The notes under the pieces were generated by a model, which was not told the origin of the DNA, ran no database searches, and was given only the letters and a program-made list of their open reading frames with translations. A DNA stretch of 64,000 bases from Blepharisma stoltei ATCC 30299 (Eukaryota; Protista; Ciliophora): the NCBI GenBank assembly GCA_965603825.1, contig CBFDEM010000041.1:248001-312000 (forward strand). Direction: 5' to 3'. Position numbers and translations under genes: made by a program. Positions 1-10,544 of this stretch are shown here, one piece after another. The number at the start of each line of letters is the position of its first letter. The first letter of the stretch is position 1.

Positions 1-1711
1 CGAGCATTGTTCTATCAGCTGGGACAAATGCCATTAGTTTCTTAAAGCTTCTACGCTCCCTATAATCCGCTCTAAGCATATTTTGAAGCATAACTTTTAG
101 CCACTCATATTGAAGCTTATCAAGTTCTTCTGCAAGAGCTTCAGCAGAGCCTCTTGCATTGTATGTGCTTACGCTTTTGAAAGTAATCATCTGCAAAAAT
201 GTCAATCCCAAGCTGTAAACATCAGATTTCCAAGGGTGAATTTTTGCTTTGACTTTAGTTCTAATAGATTCTTCAATTTCAGGAGAAAAATATCCTTGAG
301 TGCCTTGAAGCATTCTCTCGCTTACAGTCCTTGTTGTCACTTCTGTTTGTGATTTTGCAATATTAAAGTCACCAATTTTCATTCCATCTTGGCCGATGAA
401 TATATTGTGTGGCTTTATGTCTCTATGCACTATTTTAATCTGTTCAAGAGAAGAAAAGCCATTCAGAAGTTCATATATATTATCTCTCAGCTCTTCTTCT
501 GTAAATGGTCTTTCCTCTTCTTTTCTCTTTGTAATTTCTTGCATTAAATCCCGTTCACAAAACTCCATTACGATAAACAGCATGTACTTTTCTTCAATTT
601 TTTCAATGAAATGTCCGTAATATTTTAAAAAGCATTTGACATTTAAACCTGAAAGTTTTTTGAGCATTTCCCCTTCTTCATTAAATTTTTCTATATTTTC
701 CCTTTGAGTTGATGAGTATCTTTTTATGGCGACGTTGAGTCTTCCTTTGCTTCTTAGGATAGAGCCGCGAAAAACTGCAACTGAGTATCTTCCGGATGTT
801 TGGTAAGTATAAATGGGGTCTCTTTCATCATACTGAATAGCAGAAGATCTATTTATTTCTTCATCAACTGGTGACAGAGGCCGAGGCGGTATTATATCAA
901 TATCTACTTTTACATCTGGGACAACTAAATTATCAAACCCTCCGAATTTTTCTGTATATATTTTCAGCCTCTCTTGCTGATGCTCCGACAAGTTTCCTCC
1001 TCTCAAAGCCCCTAGAAGCGGTTTCATGTTTATCCTGGTCACCTCATCATTATCTTTTCCTTCTTCCACATTTTTTTCCAATATTTCCAAAGCGTTATCT
1101 GATAAAATTTTCTTTAAAACTGACATATCATACCCAAACCCCTCAAGTTTAATTGAGTCAGTCAAGTTTTCAACAACTAGCTTAGGGTCATCATAAGAGA
1201 TTTTTCCCCATTGTATATCAGTCAGCACAATTTCGGCCAATTGTTTCGATGCTGTGATATCATAGTTTAGCCTTTGCTCCATCGCATTTAGCAAGTTAAG
1301 CCAAGCTACAATTTGCTCAACTGTTTGGGATTTTTGGATTTCTGTCATAATTTTTGATTCTAAGCTACTTGCTGCGCTAGAGATGTCAAAGTTTGGCTTT
1401 TGCTTTAGCCCAAGGATTATTCCTGTGCATGCTTCAGCGAGGGTATAAGTAAGAGGAGCGTTTAAGGCAGAGACAAGTACAGCAGAATAGAAAAGGTCGA
1501 AGATTAACTCTCTCGACTGAGGATATTCCATCGCTGAAATTGTGAGCTTTTGCTCGAACTCGTCTTTCTGTTCCAATGGGAATGAGTAGCTTTGCTCCAC
1601 AAGGAATTGGATATTGGGATCTTTTCTTTCTGTTATCAGCTCTTTAATTTTTGGTATGAGCTCCTGAGATATAAGTGAGCTAATTTCGAGATACTTTTGC
1701 TGATCTGCCAT
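1..1711 (-). CDS. Divergent Ser/Thr protein kinase with long N-terminal extension; runs off the window start
   Basis: ATG at 1711 opens a frame to base 1 (absent from the ORF track because there is no stop in the window). Motifs VAIK, FIVMEFCE, HRDIKPHN, KIGDFN, GTQGYFSPE, KSDVYSLG. No GxGxxG loop. Confidence 0.85.
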   Translation of the reverse strand, partial: MADQQKYLEISSLISQELIPKIKELITERKDPNIQFLVEQSYSFPLEQKDEFEQKLTISAMEYPQSRELIFDLFYSAVLVSALNAPLTYTLAEACTGIILGLKQKPNFDISSAASSLESKIMTEIQKSQTVEQIVAWLNLLNAMEQRLNYDITASKQLAEIVLTDIQWGKISYDDPKLVVENLTDSIKLEGFGYDMSVLKKILSDNALEILEKNVEEGKDNDEVTRINMKPLLGALRGGNLSEHQQERLKIYTEKFGGFDNLVVPDVKVDIDIIPPRPLSPVDEEINRSSAIQYDERDPIYTYQTSGRYSVAVFRGSILRSKGRLNVAIKRYSSTQRENIEKFNEEGEMLKKLSGLNVKCFLKYYGHFIEKIEEKYMLFIVMEFCERDLMQEITKRKEEERPFTEEELRDNIYELLNGFSSLEQIKIVHRDIKPHNIFIGQDGMKIGDFNIAKSQTEVTTRTVSERMLQGTQGYFSPEIEESIRTKVKAKIHPWKSDVYSLGLTFLQMITFKSVSTYNARGSAEALAEELDKLQYEWLKVMLQNMLRADYRERRSFKKLMAFVPADRTML

Positions 1712-1917
1712 GTTATTACTATATAAATCTACATTATTATTCAACAAAATGCTATTGGTCTAATAAAAATCGATTATAAGGCTTTATCTTAGTTTAAAAA
1801 GAGTTTTAAGGCACCACTTAGAAAATTTTCCCTTTATAGCTAATAACTAGTTTAAAGTTAAATAAATTCTACACTGTCAGAAGATTATAAAATAAACTTT
1901 ATCTAAATTATGATTTT

Positions 1918-2652
1918 TTATCTCTCCCTCAGAATGGGAATTTCTATATCTTCTACTTCATCCACTAGCTTCGCTTGTGCAATCATCTGCATTAAAGAAT
2001 CAAAATCGCTTAGATAATTATAATGCATATCAAACGCTCTTTCGATTTCTTCAATTTCTATCTTATACTCATCGTATACATCGTCTTCTATAAGAGTTAG
2101 AGTCAAAGGCAATGAATAAGGATTCTGTGTAGGCGGCTCTGAGTCTAATCTGCTTCTGTAAAATGAAAGAATTTCATATAGCTTGTCAGGGGTAAGATCT
2201 AAGGAAACTGGACCTTTGTTGACAATTCTTTTAATATCTTGAACAGCTTCAGAGATGCTTACTTCATGCTTTAATAATCTCATAGAATCTTCATAGATAT
2301 CTCTTTTTATTGCTTTTTCGCTTAGGACTTCATCTATTGCATCATCTAAGAGTTTGTTAAGAACTCCAAAGCACTCTTTTACATATTTGAAATACTCATC
2401 TGAGCCTCTCAGCAGCCTTCTACGCTGCTTTCTTGCATGAAGCTGATTTTTTTTGTAGTATTTGGAATATTGCTTTCTTATAAGATGCAATAGATCAATA
2501 AGGGTTTCCTCAGGCAAGACTTCGAGAGTCAAAGTTTTAGCCTTGGGTGGCTTATATAAATAAACTACAAGCCCACTTAATGCAACAAAACTACTGCCGA
2601 TGAGGAATCAGCCTTTAAGAGTCAAGCCAAATATGCTGGAAATTAATTTCAT
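1918..2652 (-). CDS. Hypothetical protein with N-terminal membrane anchor (244 aa)
   Basis: ORF 1918..2532 extended upstream through one TGA(W) to ATG 2652: MKLISSIFGLTLKGWFLIGSSFVALSGLVVYLYKPP (hydrophobic segment). Confidence 0.7.
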
Positions 2653-3033
2653 TCAATAATCAATAAATATTCGAACTCAGCATTAAATTGAACAATTAGC
2701 ATTAAGACTTATACTAATTTTTAGCCTAATTTTATTTAATGCATTTTCTAGAATAGCTTAAAATGAACTCTTTTTTATAATATCTTTAATATTCATGTAA
2801 TCTAAATTAATATTAGAGAGATGCTATCTATGATGCACTCAGTACCAAAGACCTAATTTTCTTATAATAAGATTTTTAACTTAAAACTTTATATCATGCT
2901 TTTTACAGATCGTTTCTTATGTGAATCCATTGGTGCTCATAAATGGAAAACAAAAGTAAATAAAGCTAAGGATATTTACTAGAAATATTAATTATCATTG
3001 TATTAATTGCTTTTGTTTCTAAATATTTAGAGA

Positions 3034-3597
3034 CTAGCAGGTCGTCTCATAATAAGTTTCAGCCCCAATCCTCTTTGTTTGTCTTCTCAAATCAACTATC
3101 ATTTTTTTTATTTGCGACCTATTGATATATACTTCATTATCCATGTTTTGCCTTGGCTTCCCTCTGGGGCTTCTTTTATCTTTTCTATCATATTTTTCAA
3201 GCTCTTTTATGACTCCTAGCATTTCTCCTTCACTTCTGGAAATTTCATGGAGAAATTTTCCTGAGCCTTTGGAGTTATAAGTATTGCACTCTTGGATTAT
3301 GTTATCAATTTCAATAAGCATTGTGGCAGATTTGGACCCTTTTAATGGGTAACTTTGCTTTTCCTTGCTAAATGTCCTATATGTTGGACTTATTGAGCTC
3401 GGACTTGAAGGCTCTTTTGTGCTCAGTCTTATTTTTGGATTAGTGATTTTAGGAAGTTTTAAAGTCCTATCACTAATTTTTTTTACTGCTTCTATTGCCT
3501 TTTCTGTGCAAAACTTGGATTTAAACAGCGTAAATGAATCAGGCTGATTCACTGGCGTAATCTTGATACAGTTTCTTGTTTTCATTAATGGGAACAT
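3034..3597 (-). CDS. Hypothetical basic protein (187 aa)
   Basis: ATG..TAG ORF with AT-rich flanks and S/P/K-rich composition; no recognised domain. Confidence 0.65.
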   Translation of the reverse strand: MFPLMKTRNCIKITPVNQPDSFTLFKSKFCTEKAIEAVKKISDRTLKLPKITNPKIRLSTKEPSSPSSISPTYRTFSKEKQSYPLKGSKSATMLIEIDNIIQECNTYNSKGSGKFLHEISRSEGEMLGVIKELEKYDRKDKRSPRGKPRQNMDNEVYINRSQIKKMIVDLRRQTKRIGAETYYETTC

Positions 3598-3614
3598 TTA
3601 CAATTATTTTTATT

Positions 3615-5408
3615 TTATAACCTATTTCCAGCACTCAAAAAATTTTTATTATGAGAATCCCAGTGACCATCTGACGACAAGTCTTTATTTGATTTTAATT
3701 TTCTGTACAGTTTTGAAATTTTGCTGTTTTCGTCTTGTAGTTCATGCAGCAGCTCGCTATCATTGAAACCGAGCTTTTTCTGAATAAAAATTACAATGCT
3801 TCGAATTAAACCAAAGTCTAAGGCGTCTCCGTTAATGGAGCAGGCATAGACGATTGCTTGTGTAGCTGGGTCTTCTTTTGGGGCTGGGGTTGGCTCAATG
3901 TCTTGAAGCCAAGGATCTGAAAGGATTTCCTGAGCTGTGGGTCGGGAATTTGGGTCAGATTTAAGAATTCTTGCAATTAGGCTGCTAGAAGTTCTTGAGA
4001 GGTATTGTGGTAGCGAATAGCTGGATTGCCTGATTTTTCTATAGAGCTCATGATCATTGCTTCCTTTAAAAGGAAATGTCCCTGTTAAAAACACATATAA
4101 TAACACTCCAATAGCCCAAATATCTACAGGAGGGCCAGAATATTCCTTTCTGGTCACAATTTCAGGAGCCATATAGCTGGGAGTTCCACAGAATATTCTT
4201 GATTTTTTATCCTGGACTGTAGAAAACCCAAAATCAATTATTTTTATTTCGCCTTTGTCATCTAATAGCAGATTTTCTAACTTAAGATCTCGATGCGACA
4301 CATTTTTACTATGGCAATATTCAATAGCACTTACTATTTGTGTAGTTATTTTTTTGGCTTCATTTTCCTCTAGTCTTCTATTTGGCTTTCTTTTTAAATA
4401 TCCATGAAGTGAGCAGCCAGCCACATACTCCATAACAATATGCAGCTGCCGAGAGGTCTCTACAATTTCATAAAATTTTACAATATTTGGATGATCAAGC
4501 ATTTCTAATATTTCAATTTCTTTTAAAACATTTTTCTTTCTGCTTAGATCAAGTAATTTAATTTTTTCATAAATTTTCAACGCAACTTTTCTGCTTGTTG
4601 GGGTATGTGTCGCGAATTTTACAGAAGCATAAGCCCCTTGACCAATTTGTTTGCCTATGGCATATTCTTCTATATTTCCTTTACACCTATTATCAGTGCT
4701 AAAAATTTCTTTCTGCTTTGAAATAGGACTTGTAATGTTTATTTCTCTTGGCTTTGGTATCGGGCTTGAATCCTTTGCAAGAATATTAGCAGAGCCATCT
4801 CTATTTTTAGCTATAGGGCTGGATTCTTTTGTAAGGTTAACCACAATTGTTTCTTTTGGCTTGACAATAGAGCTTGCATCTTTATTTGTATTGATAAACT
4901 GGTTAAATCCTAATTTTGTAGCATTCTGAGGAGTTTTAATAGGAGATCGAAATTCCACTTTGATATCGTCTCTTGGTGACTCTCCAGGAGGCCTTCGAAT
5001 AGTCTGTAGTTTAGAGACTGGTATAGGAGTATAGCATCTTCCTTGAGCTTTATTATCGTCATTATTCCTTAGCAAGGTAGAAGGCACAATTGGTGTTTTC
5101 GGACAGCTAATTCTCCTGGTATGGACTTTTCTTTTGAATTCTTCAGGAAATTTTGACACAATTTTTGTATCTGCATTTCCTTTATCTTTTGCTTTATTTG
5201 TTACAATATCTAAAATAGTTGTATCAGGGTCTCCTTTATCCATAGATTCATTTCTTTTTTGTTTGACTAGCCCTGCAGAGCTTGGGCGTTTAAAAGCTTG
5301 ATGCGCAATAGCTATTTTTTTAAGGTTCAGATGTGAGGTTATATCATCTCTATCTTTTTCTAAATTCCCTGAACTAACAATCCTTGTTCTTGAATTATTT
5401 GATATCAT
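3615..5408 (-). CDS. CAMK-group (MARK/SNF1/AMPK-like) protein kinase with disordered N-terminus and C-terminal UBA-like segment
   Basis: IGQGAYASVK, VALK, HRDLKLEN, DFG, FCGTPSYMAPE, YSGPPVDIWAIGVLLY. Probable 15-nt in-frame intron at 3780-3794. Confidence 0.93.
   Translation of the reverse strand: MISNNSRTRIVSSGNLEKDRDDITSHLNLKKIAIAHQAFKRPSSAGLVKQKRNESMDKGDPDTTILDIVTNKAKDKGNADTKIVSKFPEEFKRKVHTRRISCPKTPIVPSTLLRNNDDNKAQGRCYTPIPVSKLQTIRRPPGESPRDDIKVEFRSPIKTPQNATKLGFNQFINTNKDASSIVKPKETIVVNLTKESSPIAKNRDGSANILAKDSSPIPKPREINITSPISKQKEIFSTDNRCKGNIEEYAIGKQIGQGAYASVKFATHTPTSRKVALKIYEKIKLLDLSRKKNVLKEIEILEMLDHPNIVKFYEIVETSRQLHIVMEYVAGCSLHGYLKRKPNRRLEENEAKKITTQIVSAIEYCHSKNVSHRDLKLENLLLDDKGEIKIIDFGFSTVQDKKSRIFCGTPSYMAPEIVTRKEYSGPPVDIWAIGVLLYVFLTGTFPFKGSNDHELYRKIRQSSYSLPQYLSRTSSSLIARILKSDPNSRPTAQEILSDPWLQDIEPTPAPKEDPATQAIVYACSINGDALDFGLIRSIVIFIQKKLGFNDSELLHELQDENSKISKLYRKLKSNKDLSSDGHWDSHNKNFLSAGNRL
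3780..3794 (-). other. Probable 15-nt spliceosomal intron (in-frame, no stop)
   Basis: Minus strand GTAATTTTTATTCAG: GTAA start, A at -6, CAG end, same pattern as the other introns. Reads VIFIQ if retained. Confidence 0.7.
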
Positions 5409-5444
5409 ATTTAAGGAAACGGAAATTGAATAATTAAAGTTAGG

Positions 5445-6200
5445 CTAGAACGAATTTTCAGCTGAAGCTAAAGCAAGGATATTGAACCTAAGCTCTTCAG
5501 GGTCGACATCCATGAATCCTTCTTTAATTACTTTTAGGCAGGCTTCTTTAGCGAATTTTTGAGGTGCTGAGTATCTGCCATGGTTTATAGGGATCCCAGC
5601 TCGGCCGTCTAGCTCATAAATGTACCCATCTTTAGGAACAATTGCAATAAAGTGTAAATCGACCCTTTCGTTGTGGCCGGGAACTCGCGACTGGCCTTCT
5701 GCTGCAGCCCTCTGGTGCTCGCTTTCTATATCACTTTCTAAGTCTTCGCCTTCTTCTAATAGCCTGCCTCTTTCTTCAGGTGTTAAATTCCACGTTCTAT
5801 CAAGAAATCTCTGCAGAAAGCTTCCTTCTGCTAGAATAATTCTTTGGCTTAACAGCTCAGAATTTAAGGAATTTGCAATTGCATGGATCGCTGCTATGGT
5901 CCCACAAGCATTTCCTACTGTTTGTTTCATATAATATAAATTCTGAGAGATTTCTCTGTTTTCTGCTTCGCAGAGGCTGACTCTTTCTTGACGAGCAGTT
6001 CTTGAGCGATCTGATATAGGATAAAGCAAAAATAATGCTAAAACAGGCTGAGGTAGCATGTCGATAGCCCATTCTTCCCAAGACAGAACATCAGTTAAAG
6101 AATACAAAGTTGTTGGGAAGCCTAAAGAATTGATGTATTTAGTAATGACTTCTGGGTTGGATTCTAAAGGGATTCATTGCTTTCTTCTTTTTTCAGACAT
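5445..6200 (-). CDS. UCHL3: Ubiquitin C-terminal hydrolase, UCH-L1/L3 (YUH1) family (251 aa)
   Basis: ATG 6200 gives MSEKRRKQ-W(TGA 6174-6176)-IPLESNPEV. Catalytic motifs QTVGNACGT, DLHF, ELDG. Confidence 0.93.
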
Positions 6201-6210
6201 GACTATAATA

Positions 6211-7872
6211 ATGGCAAACATTAACCAGCCTTCAAACTCGAATAGGAAAAATTCTGCATTAAGCAACCAAAGCAGTCCTAACGCCAAAGACAAAGGGAAA
6301 GAAATACTAGTAATGACTGTGAATATAAGGGATGGCCAAAAGGATCAAATTATAGTTCATGAAGCTGATAATCCTGAAGACTTAGCATATCAATTTGCTA
6401 GAAAACACAGTTTGCCCAAAAGAATCGAAAATGCGCTGATCCACCAAATCCTGCATGAAATAGAAGTTTTGATACAAGAAGAGGACGATAAAACACAAGA
6501 AATAATTTCTCAAAACCCTAGCAAAGCTGCGTCCCCTAAAAAAAGTCACAATCCAATTTTTCAAAGAATCCAAGACAAAGTTTCTTCAAAGTCTAACAAC
6601 TCCCCAGCAATTTCCAGTTCGTTTATAAGTGCTGCTCGACAAAAATCAGCAAACTACGGTGAATATTTATACACAAAAGAACTACAACATAAAGAGCAAA
6701 AAGAACTGTTAAATCAAAAATGGATCGAAATGAAACAAGAAGCTGAAGGCAAAGAGCTTACATTTAAGCCAACAATAAACACAAGCTTAGCGTCTACTAA
6801 AAGATCAACTGGAAAATGTGAAGAAAGCTTGCTATCTAGAGAAGCTGATCGGCAACAAAAATTAGCCCAGGAGGTTGAACGGAAATTTATTGAAGAAAAA
6901 GCCAAGTGCCCGTTTAGCCCAAAACTGAATAAAATGAGCAACAAAATTCTTCAACAAATAGGAAGAAATGGGGTAGGGAATATATGAAATGATTTATACG
7001 AAGAAGCAAAAGTCAGAGAGGCAAAGAGAGAAGAAATGTCGGTGCAAGGGTAAGAAATATTTAGATTTCGGAAAACGTTCACTTTTCAGCCTGAAATTTC
7101 AGATGTTTTTCCTCATGAAAGTGGCACAGGAGTTGTAGAGAGGCTGCTGTCTGCAAAGCAGGAAAGGGATAACAAGATTGAGCACCAAAGATCCATAAAT
7201 AATCTTCCTATTGACCAAAATACAGGACAAGAACTTTTTAAACCCGCAATTGGGAGACCTCCTGCTTCGGATAGAAATAGAAAAGAGGTACCAGTTGGTG
7301 AATATTTGTATAAGCTTAAAAAGAAGCCTGTAAAGCCTCTGGATTTTCCGCATCAACCAGTAGATATGGAAGGAAAAAAGAGAACGAGTAGAGTTGTAGA
7401 AAAAATGAAAATTGAAAGGTATTTTGAAATATTCCAAATGTTAAGCCCAGATATGCAAGGCTGCATAAGTTTTGAAAATATTAATAGAAATAAGGTTGAT
7501 CCTAAGATACTCAAGGTTATCAAACCTTTGCTAGAAGAACTTGAAGGATATGGCCAACCTCTGAACTTCCAAGAAGTATGTGATGCTTTAGACAATTTAT
7601 CAAAAACCCTTACACCATTAGACAAAAGCGTAATTACACTTAAAAAAAGAGAAGAGAAAATAATCGAAAGTGAGCCACTTTCACTTAAAAAGAGTATTTC
7701 TCATGATTCTTTGAACAGGACAAATATATATGAGAGAGGAATGCAAAACAAAGAGCTGAGGGCTGCTAAGCTTGAAAAAGAGAGATTGCAATTTGCTGAA
7801 AGGCAGGTTCAAGGATGCACATTTAGTCCAAAGATTAAAGAGTATAAGCCTGAGCATAGTTACTATTATTAA
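6211..7872 (+). CDS. Hypothetical protein with repeated (T/P)F(K/Q/S)P motifs and coiled coils (548 aa)
   Basis: Joins ORFs 6058..6987 and 7306..7872 (same frame) via TGA(W) 6985-6987 and 15-nt intron 7050-7064, which removes an in-frame TAA. Motifs LTFKP, CPFSP, FTFQP, LFKP, CTFSP. Confidence 0.8.
7050..7064 (+). other. 15-nt spliceosomal intron
   Basis: GTAAGAAATATTTAG. Removal deletes an in-frame TAA and restores VQG-FRKTFTFQPEI. Confidence 0.88.
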
Positions 7873-8085
7873 AATCAATTTAATGTATATGAAAATTGGC
7901 TAATTACATATTAATTATGGCTTAACAAACAAACTAAAAAATTTTAATATCAGTAAATTCAAATAATTAGGAAACATTCTTAGTTTTCTTAAGCGTTAAA
8001 TTATAATTCTTTTCAGTATCTGAATATTAAGACAGCTCAATTTATTAATTTTATTTTAAAAAAAAATATTTCTTATACATTTTCT

Positions 8086-8706
8086 TTATTCGTAAACCAA
8101 AATCATATCCCTTATCACTCCTCTGCAAAATGGGCACTTAGATAGTGATTTTATCAAATTCCTAGAGCATGGGGCACACAGACATTTATGCCCACAAGGA
8201 TACACCACCATAGTGCAAGGTCTATCATAACAAATCTTGCATAAATTATTTGCATTTTCTATAAGAGGAATTTGATATTCTTCTGGCACTTCAGATATAG
8301 TAGGTGGCTCTAATATTTCGAAATATAAATTTAAGCTTAAGCATCCTGCAATAAAATCAACTAAATAAGGAATGCTTATCAATAAAAGCAGGATCTTATC
8401 TGATGCAGAATTTGTTAAAAATAAAAGCTCTATAATTTGATATATAAAGAATCCACCAAGTAAAACCACTGTAGTAAATCCATGAATTGAAATTTGTGTC
8501 CTATGCATATGATTTGCACCTACATAACCTACTATTGAAAGGCATGCTGTAAATAAATTTATGATTAAAACCATAGGAACTCGCCTGAGAAATAGATAAA
8601 CAAAAATCCCAGCTATTGCGCTTATAAATTGAAAAATGCACCCTACTCCTGCAAATTTTCTTTTTCTTTGGATCCGATCTGGCAAGGAATCCATATTTGC
8701 GAACAT
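8086..8706 (-). CDS. Multi-pass membrane protein with C-terminal RING-HC (C3HC4) domain, putative E3 ligase
   Basis: About four hydrophobic segments followed by CKICYDRPCTMVVYPCGHKCLCAPC...CPFCR. Confidence 0.85.
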   Translation of the reverse strand: MFANMDSLPDRIQRKRKFAGVGCIFQFISAIAGIFVYLFLRRVPMVLIINLFTACLSIVGYVGANHMHRTQISIHGFTTVVLLGGFFIYQIIELLFLTNSASDKILLLLISIPYLVDFIAGCLSLNLYFEILEPPTISEVPEEYQIPLIENANNLCKICYDRPCTMVVYPCGHKCLCAPCSRNLIKSLSKCPFCRGVIRDMILVYE

Positions 8707-9071
8707 TTTATAAATGATCTTTAAGATAGCTTTACTGAATCAAAATTTTTATAAGAAAATGAAGTGGACTAAATGTGCTTTAAATTCTTGAAAAATTCTT
8801 TTTTAGAAAAAACTTATTCTTTGAAAACCCACTAAAGACTAAATCTTTATTTTCCTAGATAGCCCTTATCGTTTTGAAATCAAATTTTTATCAAAACAAA
8901 ACCAAAAATATTCCATTATGGTTAAATTTTAAAATTAATTAAAAGATTGACATCTTTCCAATATAAAGCTCCTAGACCTGTCTTGATCCAATATGGCCTA
9001 GAAAGGATGAATCGTAATTTTTCTAGTTAAATCTAAGTCTTCTTGAATTGGGCTTATCCGTAAGCTCATAG

Positions 9072-9803
<732 letters not shown>

Positions 9804-9982
9804 GTATAATATCAATTACAAATTTAAATATAAATTTGGAGCTTTTAGATTAGATTATGAATTTTAAGATTTAATCATAAGGAAATAGAGAAGAAGTGTT
9901 TTTAAACTTATAGGAATGTTGAAAAATAATTGCGTTTAAGCAAAAAACAAAAAAATCATTTCTAAAAAGAAATTTCAGTTAA

Positions 9983-10304
9983 TTACTGAGTCTGAGCTTT
10001 TTGTTGAGGATGATCAGGGCAGGCTCGTTCCATAGCTTGCAAGGTCTCTTCTGAAATTCTAAGTTCTTTTGAGTTGGATTTATAAACAGATTTTAATTCA
10101 CTGCAAGGGATCCCTCCTCGCAATTCAGTTGCATTGTCAATTTTCTCTTTCATTTCTTGGTAATCTCTAAGTTTGTCTTTACCTTTCAAGATTGGATAAT
10201 GTTTCTAGCACGTCGCTTGCTTGATGGGCAGGAATAATGTGCTTGGTTTTATCCTTAATGGCTTTTACCATGAACGCTTCGTGGTCAACTTCTTCTTTTT
10301 CCAT
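9983..10304 (-). CDS. Small hypothetical protein (101 aa), two exons
   Basis: ATG 10304 MEKEEVDHEAF...LSNLER joined by 16-nt intron 10167-10182 to DYQEMKEKID...QTQ-stop. Confidence 0.72.
10167..10182 (-). other. 16-nt spliceosomal intron
   Basis: Minus strand GTAAAGACAAACTTAG, A at -6; repairs the frame offset between two exons. Confidence 0.78.
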
Positions 10305-10544
10305 TTATATTAGTCTAGCCAATGAGAGAGTTATTCTCATTAACGCAAAATTATATAGAGTTCTAAAAGTATTTATTTAGGAGCATAATATTAGAAATTC
10401 TAATTTTATAAATATCATGAAAATTTTCTGATAAGTAAATACCAATAATTTGAGTCTAAATCCTATTCATGATTCTATAATTGTTTTATACCTCTTTTTA
10501 TATAGCCATCACTGACCTCTTTTGAAATTCACATAATAAAATTA

